Origin: Candidatus Marinacidobacterales bacterium | GTDB taxonomy: Bacteria > Acidobacteriota > Vicinamibacteria > Marinacidobacterales > DATDRI01 | DNA length: 64,000 nt | Assembly: GCA_965226495.1 (NCBI GenBank) | Contig: OZ245365.1 | Span: 736,001-800,000 of the forward strand | Direction: 5' to 3' | Shown: positions 42,101 through 50,687 of the stretch, in pieces | How the letters are laid out: the number at the start of each line of letters is the position of its first letter | Position numbering within the stretch: position 1 is the first letter of the stretch | Position numbers and translations under genes: made by a program | The notes under the pieces: model-generated | Told to the model about the DNA's origin: nothing | What the model saw: the letters and a program-made list of their open reading frames with translations, nothing else | The model's database searches: none

Positions 42101-43856
42101 AAGGAACCAGCCCCCCCATTGCGACCGGGGGTGGGATCAGGGTGTCGATCTCGAACGTCGCGGTGTTCGAGAAAGCGCCCACGATGGCTCCGTTCTTGGC
42201 CTGAACCTTCCACTGGTACAGATTTCCCGCCGGTAGGTTTGCCCCTGGTGTGTGTTCAGTCTGGGGATCCGCGATCTCCATGTCGATGGGTGTGCCTCCG
42301 CTGGTAATGTTGTCCACCACTAGCCGGTAGGTGGTGGCGCCGGGCACGTCATCCCAGTCGAATGTCGGTGTGGTGTCGCTAGTGGCTCCAGCCAAGGGAG
42401 CTACCATTCCAGGCACGCCGAGCGTGATGTTGTGAAACAGGTCGGCCTCCGCCACGCGGCCCTCGTCGTCGGTTACCCTGAATCGAATAGGGCCGAAAGG
42501 ACCGACGGTTGTCGGTGTGCCTGAGACATGGCCGGTCGCGCTATTCAAAGTGGTGATTCCTGGTGCGTAGCTACCGCTCAGCTTCTCGAAAAAGAGAGGA
42601 GGCGTCCCGCCCGCTACCGGCAGCATCTCGTCGTAGAACACGCCGAAGAAACCGTCCACCATATTGTTGGTAGTAAAGGTCGGAGGCGCGGTGGGGAGAT
42701 CGATGATGTGGGCGTGGACTCCGTCTCCTCCCAAGTTCACTTTTGACAGGACCACTGCCTGCGGGTCACCGAAGTCGTCATTCGTCGTGATGCCAACCGG
42801 GTTGTGTTGGTTGAACCCAAAGACGATTTGAGGTCCGACGTCTGCGGTCACAGGGTCGACTTCTACCGCCACACCTTTTGTGGCATAAAAGGCGGTGACG
42901 ATGAATTTCCCGGTCACTTCGCTATAGTCGATGGGGCCCGGTACGTCCCATATATTGGAGCCATTGGCGACGATGTTGAATCGGCTGCCGATCTTGACTC
43001 CCGTTGCGCTGACCCGCTGGCCGGTCACATTGGCGTTTTGGGAAGAGTTGTTGCGACGGTCTTCCATGGTGACGAGGAAGCTATTCGTGGAGGACGAGTA
43101 GGCGACCTCGGGTTTCGTTTGGGACTTATTGCCGTGAGCAATGGCAAAATTTCCGCCACCACTAACGTTGTCGTTGACGATGTTCACAATGTTCCCGCTG
43201 ATCTGCTCTTTGGCGGCTCCTCCATCAACCACATAAGCAACTAAGAACGTGTCGTTGGTGGGGTTCCAGTCGACGGCGGGGCCGTCTCCAGTTACAAGCT
43301 GGCCCGTTGCGAGTCGGGCATTGGCGGTAGTTGGGTCGGCGTCCATGAGCGCGTACTTGACTTTGATAGGCGCCGGGCCTACCCGCCAGACGATCAGGAC
43401 CCTTTGACTGGTCACGCTTAGGGCGCCGCCGCCGCCGCCGCCGAACGAGCCACCGCTTCCTACGAAGAAGGGACCGCTAAGGGGCTGACCGTCCCATGAG
43501 AGGTGCCGAATGTAGATATTATCGTTGCTATCTCGGTACCCGACGATGTAGCCGTCTTCCACGGGGTTGTATTCGATCCCGACGGAATTGATACCGACGT
43601 TGCCCGAAAGACTGATGTTGTCGCCGAGGAGGATTCCGTCAGTATCCATGCGCCTGACGCGTACATCGTTGCCGTGAAAAATCAGCATGTACTCTTTGCG
43701 TATCGAGTTCCATGCAACACCCGAAGATTTTTGGGAGCCGGTTGGGTTGAGGATGTGTCCGGGAGCAATCTCCTGTGCGAACAAGCTTCCCGGGCTCACG
43801 TGTTGAGCCACCAGAGCTAGGGTGAACAACCATAAGAAAGTGCTCCGCTTCATCAT
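39117..43856 (-). CDS. Large secreted/surface protein: N-terminal beta-repeat region, Ig-like domains, five FN3-like and three F5/8 type C (discoidin) domains
   Basis: Signal peptide MMKRSTFLWLFTLALVAQ..; repeated PP..(I/V).(N/D)L...W.AP.DD...Y..RYS; repeated N..DG...T.W.S...E.IT.DLG...F.EIEV. Confidence 0.85.
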   Translation of the reverse strand: MMKRSTFLWLFTLALVAQHVSPGSLFAQEIAPGHILNPTGSQKSSGVAWNSIRKEYMLIFHGNDVRVRRMDTDGILLGDNISLSGNVGINSVGIEYNPVEDGYIVGYRDSNDNIYIRHLSWDGQPLSGPFFVGSGGSFGGGGGGALSVTSQRVLIVWRVGPAPIKVKYALMDADPTTANARLATGQLVTGDGPAVDWNPTNDTFLVAYVVDGGAAKEQISGNIVNIVNDNVSGGGNFAIAHGNKSQTKPEVAYSSSTNSFLVTMEDRRNNSSQNANVTGQRVSATGVKIGSRFNIVANGSNIWDVPGPIDYSEVTGKFIVTAFYATKGVAVEVDPVTADVGPQIVFGFNQHNPVGITTNDDFGDPQAVVLSKVNLGGDGVHAHIIDLPTAPPTFTTNNMVDGFFGVFYDEMLPVAGGTPPLFFEKLSGSYAPGITTLNSATGHVSGTPTTVGPFGPIRFRVTDDEGRVAEADLFHNITLGVPGMVAPLAGATSDTTPTFDWDDVPGATTYRLVVDNITSGGTPIDMEIADPQTEHTPGANLPAGNLYQWKVQAKNGAIVGAFSNTATFEIDTLIPPPVAMGGLVPSGLAVIPGLTAIEASSEWTSNGGAKENIVDGVPETKWQSTSKNSVTTEFVTIDLGGTFPVARVRLYMPFNSNVLLFPKGFSIQVSDQPDANFTTVHTEPNFVAQQGMWYEFVAAPVLTRRYVRIWITDTNFYVNKYPFNALIGEVEVLEDNPVFGTIQYNWQAPADDAGAGTEPVFAYDLRVMAGGPGAYNYFSAQALVIVTNEPAPVLNAIQSVVVDTLNDETTYSAALTSVDDAGNRSAVSNIVTLATRGVPPAAIANLRAFSPTKTSMELDWDAPTEDGPAGGKVTSYEVRYSETPITSSNLGSLVTDETPPAPANPGTTQTMTVNALDPTTHYYFSIISRDEVGQASPLSNIAELATLDGTPPAGINDLQGISGGGVYTEITPLTAANSSGFIPGFAGNKAVDDDESTYWSSPGVKPTRIEYITVNAGSETNVGRVRLLASNQSPLLFAKSFEILVGNDPNNNFTTGLTVSNFVAESSNWYTFDLPVPISGQYVRIRITEMNAYSNGKFYSQFAEIEVFDLAAAADGVMLLWTAPGNNGNQGQATKYHVRYSTTEIVDDDDYDNATQVPDGMVPAPQPAGFPESLTLTGLGPEQVIWAAIKTVDGNSNVSVLSNIVKVSTPGNPPGTVTNLTVLPVEATGSSIRIQFTEPADDAGDNGSGPVDHYEVGCSTGAINGLGDFVGLTFADPGPTPVGPGNTLQFDIPGLANQTAYNCAVRAVDDADLTSPLSTVVSGSTIDDEPPAQVSNLSVDVVVMSLNVTVENSSGALTPASNALDGDPATAWISPGVKPHREEWITVDLGSSVTVGQVRLQSNNQSPLHFPADFKIQVGNNPNGPFTDALVVTDFVATLSTFYTFNVTPTAGRYVRIRATKVNEYTNGKFYASFAEIEVSEQSGPAIEATLTWNAPADDGSVGDPATSYEIRMDTSLINAGNFGGADLVATGLVPQAPGSPEVFVITSGIVSGQTNWFAIETKDEAGLRSVSVISAAVP

Positions 43857-44218
43857 GCTTGAAAGACCTCCAAGTTGTATCGGCACCGATATGTTTTTGT
43901 CGGGGTGGGACTTTTTGTCGTTGGCGATCGCCAACGTCACTGCGCCGTCACGCTGCCCGGGGGCATGCACAACGAGCGACATTAGCCTATCTTTGCTCAT
44001 TCCTAGCTTTAAAAAGGCTAAGTCAACAGGTTATCACCTCGCCGGAAGTCCCGCAAGCGTGAATGGGGTTCGGCATAACTCATCACTGCTCAAGTATATA
44101 CGGGCAGATGTGTCCTCGAATCCCTTGATTCCAGTCGAGAATTTTTGGAGCTCGATCCAAAGTCTTGTAGGGGAAATCCCGTATCAATGTTGCAATCCGA
44201 TGAGCTAAATGTGGTGTT

Positions 44219-46087
44219 CTAGTGGTCGACGTACCCAAGTGAGCGCAACCGTTCCAGTACCTCTTCATCGAGCTCGACTTGCTGTCCTTGGCGGGTGGTT
44301 CGGATCCCTCGCGCGGTGTCCAGAAAGGAGCGCATCTTGCGGTGAAACTCAGCGAGATCCCGCGAAGTCTTGGTGAGCAGGTTGTTTTGTTCGTGCGGAT
44401 CCTTCAGGAGATCGTAGAGCTCCTCTTCTTCGAGCTCGGACACACCGAGGTCATCGCCCCCGTCCAACGAAGCCGGGCCCGAGAGGGTGACGATGAACTT
44501 CGAGCTCGTGGTCCGAAACGCAATCTTCATAGATGTTTCCCGCGGCGACCTCCAGGTCACTTCACTGATCGCGGTTCGGTCCTCCGGTTCCGCATCTCCA
44601 TCGAGCCTCAGCGCAAGGTCAACCGCCTCGGTCGGCGGCGGTTCGATTCCGGCCGCTTCGAGTAACGACGGGAAGATATCCACCTGACTCACCAGGCTCG
44701 CGACGCGCGAGCCGGCACTACCGCCCGGCCATTTGACGATCAGTGGAATTCGAACCACTTCGTCATAAAGGGTTTGGCTGTGTTGCCAGTGGCCATGCTC
44801 GTAGAAAGCTTCCCCATGGTCGGCGGTGACGATGATCATCGAATCCTCGTAGAGTCCGAGCATCTTGAGCTCCGCGAAGAAACGCCCCAGCTCCTGGTCG
44901 GTATATGCAATCTCGCCATCGTAGAGCTGAATGATCTCGTGGGTTTCCCTATCGCTTGGTGGAGGCTTGGAGCGAGCGATCAGGTCCTGTAGGTCGGAGA
45001 TGTCCCTCGGGCGGGGGCCGAACCGCTCGATGAACTCGCGCGGCGGGAGATACGGCCAATGCGGGTCCAACAAGTGCATGAACAAAAAATGGTTCTGCCC
45101 CCTGTTTTTGACCAATTGCGAGAGCGCGGCGTCAACGACGTCGCTGGCAATCGGATTCTCCATGACGTCGTAGAGATGGAAGCCTCTTTCGAAACCGTAG
45201 ATTTGAGAAACATAAACCCAGGAAGCCACACCGCTCGTTCGATAACCGTTCGAGGAGAGAAGCTCCGGGAGATAGGGGACCGACGTATCCAGTTTTTCCC
45301 ATTTGGTCGCTCGATGAAATGACGGCACCAAGCCGGTGAGCATCGACATATGAGTCGGGAGCGTCCACGACGACGTGGCGACCGCGGTCTCGAACACGAC
45401 ACCGTCTTCGGCGAAACGGTCGATGTTGGGCGTGGTGTCACGCTGGTAGCCATAGGCACCCATGTGGTCGGGGCGAAGGCAGTCGATGGATATGAGGATG
45501 AGGTTCGGCCGCTCCGGTTGGGCGGAGGTGCTCGCGAGTACTGGATTCCCCCACGCCGCCAAGACCGGGATTTGCACCGACGGGAGCTCCTCGAGGCGCG
45601 GCTTGGTCTCGAAGACGAGCTTCACTCTCTTTCCCGACCAAGGGCGCAAGTCGGCTGTCGCCTCCCTCCACTCGTTCGGCTCGTGACGCTCGATCGTTTC
45701 CGAGAAGATCAGCTCTTCGCCACCCCCGGAATCGACATGGAGAAGGAAGTCTACTTTCGCGTCGAGGGGCCCTTCGCCCAACGGGCTAGCGCCGATGGAA
45801 AAGTGAAGCGCCGGGTCGGAGGGTATCTCGACCTCGTAGACCAGCCGCGAAGGAAGGGGCGGCGTCAGGGAGGACTGGGTCTCGCCGCCTAGGGTCACCG
45901 GGGACCAAAGTCGAGCATCCTTTCGAGCCGAACGGAACTGAACGCGATCGAAGGTGGCCTCTGCCCGATCCACATGGTCAACGAACGGGTAGCTAGTCGT
46001 TTTATCTGAAGCGGGTTGTGAGCAGGCGTGGGCGAAAAAGGAAAGTGCGATCAAGGGGACGGAATAGGGTAGTGCCGAACGGGTCAT
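44219..46087 (-). CDS. Sulfatase-fold (Thr-type) lipoprotein
   Basis: Lipobox FAHAC, N-terminal beta domain, DCLRPDH, WTLPTH, HLLDPHWPY, TADHGE and LRSLGYVD. Confidence 0.88.
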   Translation of the reverse strand: MTRSALPYSVPLIALSFFAHACSQPASDKTTSYPFVDHVDRAEATFDRVQFRSARKDARLWSPVTLGGETQSSLTPPLPSRLVYEVEIPSDPALHFSIGASPLGEGPLDAKVDFLLHVDSGGGEELIFSETIERHEPNEWREATADLRPWSGKRVKLVFETKPRLEELPSVQIPVLAAWGNPVLASTSAQPERPNLILISIDCLRPDHMGAYGYQRDTTPNIDRFAEDGVVFETAVATSSWTLPTHMSMLTGLVPSFHRATKWEKLDTSVPYLPELLSSNGYRTSGVASWVYVSQIYGFERGFHLYDVMENPIASDVVDAALSQLVKNRGQNHFLFMHLLDPHWPYLPPREFIERFGPRPRDISDLQDLIARSKPPPSDRETHEIIQLYDGEIAYTDQELGRFFAELKMLGLYEDSMIIVTADHGEAFYEHGHWQHSQTLYDEVVRIPLIVKWPGGSAGSRVASLVSQVDIFPSLLEAAGIEPPPTEAVDLALRLDGDAEPEDRTAISEVTWRSPRETSMKIAFRTTSSKFIVTLSGPASLDGGDDLGVSELEEEELYDLLKDPHEQNNLLTKTSRDLAEFHRKMRSFLDTARGIRTTRQGQQVELDEEVLERLRSLGYVDH

Positions 46088-46090
46088 TGC

Positions 46091-47938
46091 CTAGTTGATG
46101 TAGCCCAGGGCCTTGAGGTGCTCGGTCAGCTCCTCGTCGAGGATCACTTCCTGACCACCGCGATTTGCTTGGAGGGCTCTCGCCCTTTCGAGTAGCTCTC
46201 GGGCGTCGCGGCGTAACGCACCGATGTCAGAAGCGCCCTCCGCGAGGAGGTTAGTCTGCTCTCCTCTGTCTTTCGCTAGATCGTAGAGCTCCTCCTTCAC
46301 GACTTCCGAGACGAACCGCTCGTCTCCGATCTCCCCGGCGAGAGTCAGCAGGTATTTGAGCCTGCCGTTCCTCACTGCAATCCTCATGGCGGCGCCCTGC
46401 CCCTCTTTGGCGTCCCAGGTGATCTCGCTCAAGGCGTTTATGGGCGGGGCTGGATTGTCGCCCAGGAATCGACCGAGCGATACAGAGTCGTAGGGAGGAA
46501 CGAGCTCCGCTTGCTCGAGCATCGTCGGGAAGATGTTGAGTTGGCTCACCAAGCTCTCCACGTCACCGGTGATCGAGTTGCGGGGCCATTTCACGATCAA
46601 CGGGATGTGGGTCACTTCCTCGAAGAGCGATTCGCTGTGCTGCCAGACGTCGTGCTCGTAGAATGACTCTCCATGGTCGGCGGTGAGGATGATCAAGGAT
46701 CGGTCGTAGAGCCCTGCCTCTTTCAGGCCCGCGAAGAATCTTCCTAGTTCTTGATCGAGATACGCGATCTCGCCGTCGTAGAGGTTCACGAAGTGCTGAA
46801 TCTCCTCGAGTCCGGTAGGCGGCTTCCGATGGATCACCTTGGGCATGATATCGGAGATGTCCGGAGGGCGCGGGGCGAACCGATCCAGGAACTCGCCCGG
46901 CGGAAGATAGGGCCAGTGGGCATCGAATAGGTGTACGAACAAGAATTGTCTCGACGTCCGTGAGGCCCTTGAAGCGGTGCCCAGCTCGAGCGCCGCGTCG
47001 ACGACCTCGCGAGCGCGGCGGTCGGTCAGCATACGGTAAACATCGAAGCCTCGCTCGAAACCCCAAGCCTGCGATACGTAGCCTCCCGAAGCGACGCCGA
47101 GCGTTTGGTACCCGTTCTCAGCGAGTATCTCGGGAAGGTAGGGGACGGACGAGCTGAGCTTGTACGCTCGACTGGCTCCGTGTAGGGAGGGCATCAGGCC
47201 GGTCATCATCGACATGTGGGTCGGTAGCGTCCACGAGGAAACGCTCGCCGCGTTTCTATAGAGGACTCCGTCGGTCGCGAATCGATCGATGTGGGGGGTG
47301 GTCTTCCTCTCGTATCCGTAGGCACTCACGTGGTCCGCCCTCAGACAATCTACTGAGATCAAGACGAGGTTCGTTTCCTCCCTGCCCGACGTGTCCGCCA
47401 TCAAGCCGTCCAGTACGGGATTTCCCCAAGCGGGAAGAAACGCGCTGCCACCGCCCTCGGGACTCATTCCGCGTGCAGCGGTTTCGAATCCCAGTCGAAC
47501 CGTTTTTCCGGCCCATTCGGACAGGTCTACGGTTTGCCGGAGCCACACGTTCGGTTGGCCGCGTCGAACCGCCTGCTCGAAGCGAAGCTCCTCGTCTACG
47601 TAGATCGCGAATTGGACGGGGTTGCTGAAAGTCTCTTCTCCAAGTGTGGACACACCGATCGCGAATTTGAGGAGAGCCTCGCTCGGAACCTGGACGGTGA
47701 ACGTGAAGCGTGAGGGCAACGGGGGCGTCAGGGACAGCCGTGTCTCTTTCTCGAGCGTTACTGGAGCAGAAAGAAGGCCGTCCTTGCGGTAGGAAAGAAA
47801 AAGATTCCGATCGTAGTCTTTTTCCGCTTCGTCGACTTGCCGGGCGAAGAGAACCGTTGCCGGAAGCGACGGGGGAGGTGACGCGCAACTGGAAACGATG
47901 CTTGACAGCAGCAAGAGTCCCCCGGCCAGCCTCCTCAT
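46091..47938 (-). CDS. Sulfatase-fold (Thr-type) lipoprotein
   Basis: Lipobox IVSSC, DCLRADH, WTLPTH, TADHGE and LKALGYIN. Confidence 0.88.
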   Translation of the reverse strand: MRRLAGGLLLLSSIVSSCASPPPSLPATVLFARQVDEAEKDYDRNLFLSYRKDGLLSAPVTLEKETRLSLTPPLPSRFTFTVQVPSEALLKFAIGVSTLGEETFSNPVQFAIYVDEELRFEQAVRRGQPNVWLRQTVDLSEWAGKTVRLGFETAARGMSPEGGGSAFLPAWGNPVLDGLMADTSGREETNLVLISVDCLRADHVSAYGYERKTTPHIDRFATDGVLYRNAASVSSWTLPTHMSMMTGLMPSLHGASRAYKLSSSVPYLPEILAENGYQTLGVASGGYVSQAWGFERGFDVYRMLTDRRAREVVDAALELGTASRASRTSRQFLFVHLFDAHWPYLPPGEFLDRFAPRPPDISDIMPKVIHRKPPTGLEEIQHFVNLYDGEIAYLDQELGRFFAGLKEAGLYDRSLIILTADHGESFYEHDVWQHSESLFEEVTHIPLIVKWPRNSITGDVESLVSQLNIFPTMLEQAELVPPYDSVSLGRFLGDNPAPPINALSEITWDAKEGQGAAMRIAVRNGRLKYLLTLAGEIGDERFVSEVVKEELYDLAKDRGEQTNLLAEGASDIGALRRDARELLERARALQANRGGQEVILDEELTEHLKALGYIN

Positions 47939-49791
47939 TGGAGGTATCCCAGCGCCCTCAGTTGCTCCAGTACGTCTTCGTCGATAACGACCTGACCGCC
48001 CTGGTCGCGATCGGCTCGGAACTCGCGGGCGCTTTCGAGATGCGCCTGAAGCTGTCTTCGAAACGCTTCCATGTGGCTGGGCGTTTGCAAGTTGTTCTTT
48101 TCACCCGGGTCCAACACCAGATCGTAGAGCTCTTCTTTCCTCATTTTGTCGATCGTCAGGTCGTCGTCCGCGCTCGCCTCGAAGGTAGCGATGTATTTGA
48201 GCTCCCGTGAGCGAAGTGAGACTTTTTTCACCACCGGATCGCCGGCCCACCAGATCACCTCGCTAACCGTCGGCTTGCTACCGGCGGGCGAGGTCCCTTT
48301 CCGGTAGCGGCCAAAGCTGGTTCCTCCGGTCTCAGTAGGTGGTAGACCGGCCGCTTCGAGAATCGTCGAGAAGAGATCTACGTGACTCACGGCAGTTTCC
48401 ACACTAGTGCGGGCCGAGCTATAGGGCCACTTTACCAGGAGCGGCACCCGGATCATCTCCTCGTAGAGAGTGTCGCTGTGCTGCCAGTGTTCGTGCTCGT
48501 AGAAGGCTTCACCGTGATCCGAAGTAATGATGATCATAGAGGCCTCATAGAGTCCTCGTTCTTTGAGCCAGTCGAGGAGACGACCCAGCTCCTGATCGAC
48601 ATAGGCGATCTCGCCGTCGTAGAGATTCTCCAGCTGTTCGATGTCCTTTGGTCCAGAGGGTGGTGCCCGGTCGATTATTGTGCTCAGCAGAGCATCGACG
48701 TTCTCAGGCCGCGGCCCAAAGAGCTCTACGAAATCGTCCGGCGGTAGATAACGCCAGTGTGGATCGAATAGATGAAGGAAAAGAAAGACGTCCCGCCCCT
48801 GTGCCTCTGAAAGCCAAGCGGTGGCCACATCGATGGTCTGAGCGGCGCGGGAGCGTTTGAGGACCCGGTATTTGTGGAAGCCTCGCTCGAAGCCGAAACT
48901 GGGTGAGAGGTACGCACCCGAGACGACACCAATCGCTTCGTAACCGCCTTCCGACAAGAGCTCCGGTAGGTATCCAATCGACGGGCCGAGCTTTCGTTCC
49001 CTGCTCACTGCGTGAAAAGAGGGTGTGAGACCGGTCATCATCGACATGTGGGAGGGAAGCGTCCAAGAGGAAGCGGCAGTGGCCGCCTCGAAAACGAAGG
49101 CTTCCTCCGCGAACTCGTCGAGTCGGGGAGTCGTGTTGCGTTGGTAACCGTAGAGCCCCATGTGATCCGGTCTCAAACAGTCTACCGAGATCAGAATGAT
49201 AGGGGGGCGCTCGATGGGATTGTGCTTGCTGAAGACCACCGGATTGCCCCACAACGGAAAGACGGGGTCGTTTGCCATAGGCGCCGCCGGGTCGTCATCG
49301 GTGAGGACCTCGAAGAGGAGCTGGGCTTCCGTCTCTGACCACGACGCGAGGTCAACGCTTCGATCGAGCCACTGATTCCGTTGCGGCAGCTCGATGGTCT
49401 CTCTAAAGATCACTTCCTCCTCGTGGCCCGACTTGACCGTGATCTTGAATCGTACGGGAGACCAGCGTGCGGGCTTTCCAAGCGTTGCCACCGAGATGGC
49501 GAACTGGAGGACGGGTCGAGGAGGGAGCTCGGCAACGAAGGACAAGCGGGAGGGCAGGGGAGGAGTGAGGGCGCGACGGGTGTCATCGTAAAGCGTAACC
49601 GGTGCGGAGGGGACTCCTTTGTCGCGCAGGGCCGGAAGGTCCTCCCGGACGACGCCAAAGCTCACATCGGAGGGTACCTGCTCGACCAGAAACAAAGGAG
49701 GGAACGGTCCGTCGTTGAAACTGCCGCAACCATGCGCGGAGATCAAACAGGGTAAGAACGCGACCGCTCGCAGGGCGTTACTTGGAGTCAC
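47935..49791 (-). CDS. Sulfatase-fold (Thr-type) lipoprotein
   Basis: ISAHGC, DCLRPDH, WTLPSH, TSDHGE and LRALGYLQ. Start uncertain (GTG 49791 or ATG 49845). Confidence 0.86.
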   Translation of the reverse strand: MTPSNALRAVAFLPCLISAHGCGSFNDGPFPPLFLVEQVPSDVSFGVVREDLPALRDKGVPSAPVTLYDDTRRALTPPLPSRLSFVAELPPRPVLQFAISVATLGKPARWSPVRFKITVKSGHEEEVIFRETIELPQRNQWLDRSVDLASWSETEAQLLFEVLTDDDPAAPMANDPVFPLWGNPVVFSKHNPIERPPIILISVDCLRPDHMGLYGYQRNTTPRLDEFAEEAFVFEAATAASSWTLPSHMSMMTGLTPSFHAVSRERKLGPSIGYLPELLSEGGYEAIGVVSGAYLSPSFGFERGFHKYRVLKRSRAAQTIDVATAWLSEAQGRDVFLFLHLFDPHWRYLPPDDFVELFGPRPENVDALLSTIIDRAPPSGPKDIEQLENLYDGEIAYVDQELGRLLDWLKERGLYEASMIIITSDHGEAFYEHEHWQHSDTLYEEMIRVPLLVKWPYSSARTSVETAVSHVDLFSTILEAAGLPPTETGGTSFGRYRKGTSPAGSKPTVSEVIWWAGDPVVKKVSLRSRELKYIATFEASADDDLTIDKMRKEELYDLVLDPGEKNNLQTPSHMEAFRRQLQAHLESAREFRADRDQGGQVVIDEDVLEQLRALGYLQ

Positions 49792-49816
49792 TTTGGCCAA
49801 TTGTGGCGCGGGTGAA

Positions 49817-50650
49817 TCAGGGCACGATCCGGTGAGAGCCGGCATACACGTTCATGGACTCTCCACGCAAAAATCCAACCAGACACAGGTTCGAGCTTTC
49901 CGCCAGCTCCACCGCCAGGCTCGAGGCCGCCGAAACGGCGGCCACGAACGGAATCCGGGCCATGAGTGCCTTTTGAACGATCTCGAAACTTGTCCGCCCG
50001 CTGACCATCAGAATGCGGTTGCGGAGCGGAAGCGATCCGTTCAAGAGCGCCGCCCCTATGATCTTGTCCACGGCATTGTGTCGACCGATATCCTCGCGAA
50101 GAAGGAGGAGTCGACCGTCTTGGTCGAATAGACCGGCGGCGTGGAGCCCGCCCGTTTCATCGAAGCCTGCCTGGCCCGAACGGAGTTGGTCCGGGAGGGT
50201 CAAGAGAACCCGAGTAGATATGCGGAAATCATCGTCCACGGCGGGGGCGTGAAGGTGGATCGACTCGATGGTGAGCTTTCCGCAAAGCCCGCAGCTCGAT
50301 GACGAGACAAAGTTTCGCTGCCAGCCCCTCTCGGATATGTCCACTCCCGTCTTCGTCGTGATGTTGATGACATTACAGAGCTTCGGATTTTTCGGGTCTT
50401 TGCGATGCCCGACGCGAGAAACTTCCTCCTTACCCTTCAGGATCCCTTCAGTGAACAAGAAGCCAGCCGCAAGCTCGTGATCCTCCCCGGGGCTGCGCAT
50501 CACCACCGCCACACTCTTGCCGCCGAGCCGGATTTCGAGGGGTTCTTCGACGGCGACTCGATCTTCGCAGTCTTCTCGTCCCTGTTGCCTCAAGCGCGTT
50601 ACCGGTCTGGAAGTCGCACGCCCGTTTCGCTGTCCCACTGAAACCTTCAT
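49817..50650 (-). CDS. fdhD: Formate dehydrogenase accessory sulfurtransferase FdhD
   Basis: VAVEEPLEI, GFLFTEG, SSCGLCGK, TGGLHAAGLF, REDIGRHNAVDK and SGRTSFEIVQKA. Confidence 0.95.
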   Translation of the reverse strand: MKVSVGQRNGRATSRPVTRLRQQGREDCEDRVAVEEPLEIRLGGKSVAVVMRSPGEDHELAAGFLFTEGILKGKEEVSRVGHRKDPKNPKLCNVINITTKTGVDISERGWQRNFVSSSSCGLCGKLTIESIHLHAPAVDDDFRISTRVLLTLPDQLRSGQAGFDETGGLHAAGLFDQDGRLLLLREDIGRHNAVDKIIGAALLNGSLPLRNRILMVSGRTSFEIVQKALMARIPFVAAVSAASSLAVELAESSNLCLVGFLRGESMNVYAGSHRIVP

Positions 50651-50687
50651 CTTTACCCCCGACTCATTATACCCAGCAGTGCGTGTA

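Noticed and set aside
43417-43445. GCC trinucleotide run (poly-Gly) as a possible contingency repeat
   Set aside because: It is short and in-frame, and simply encodes GGGGG in a loop.
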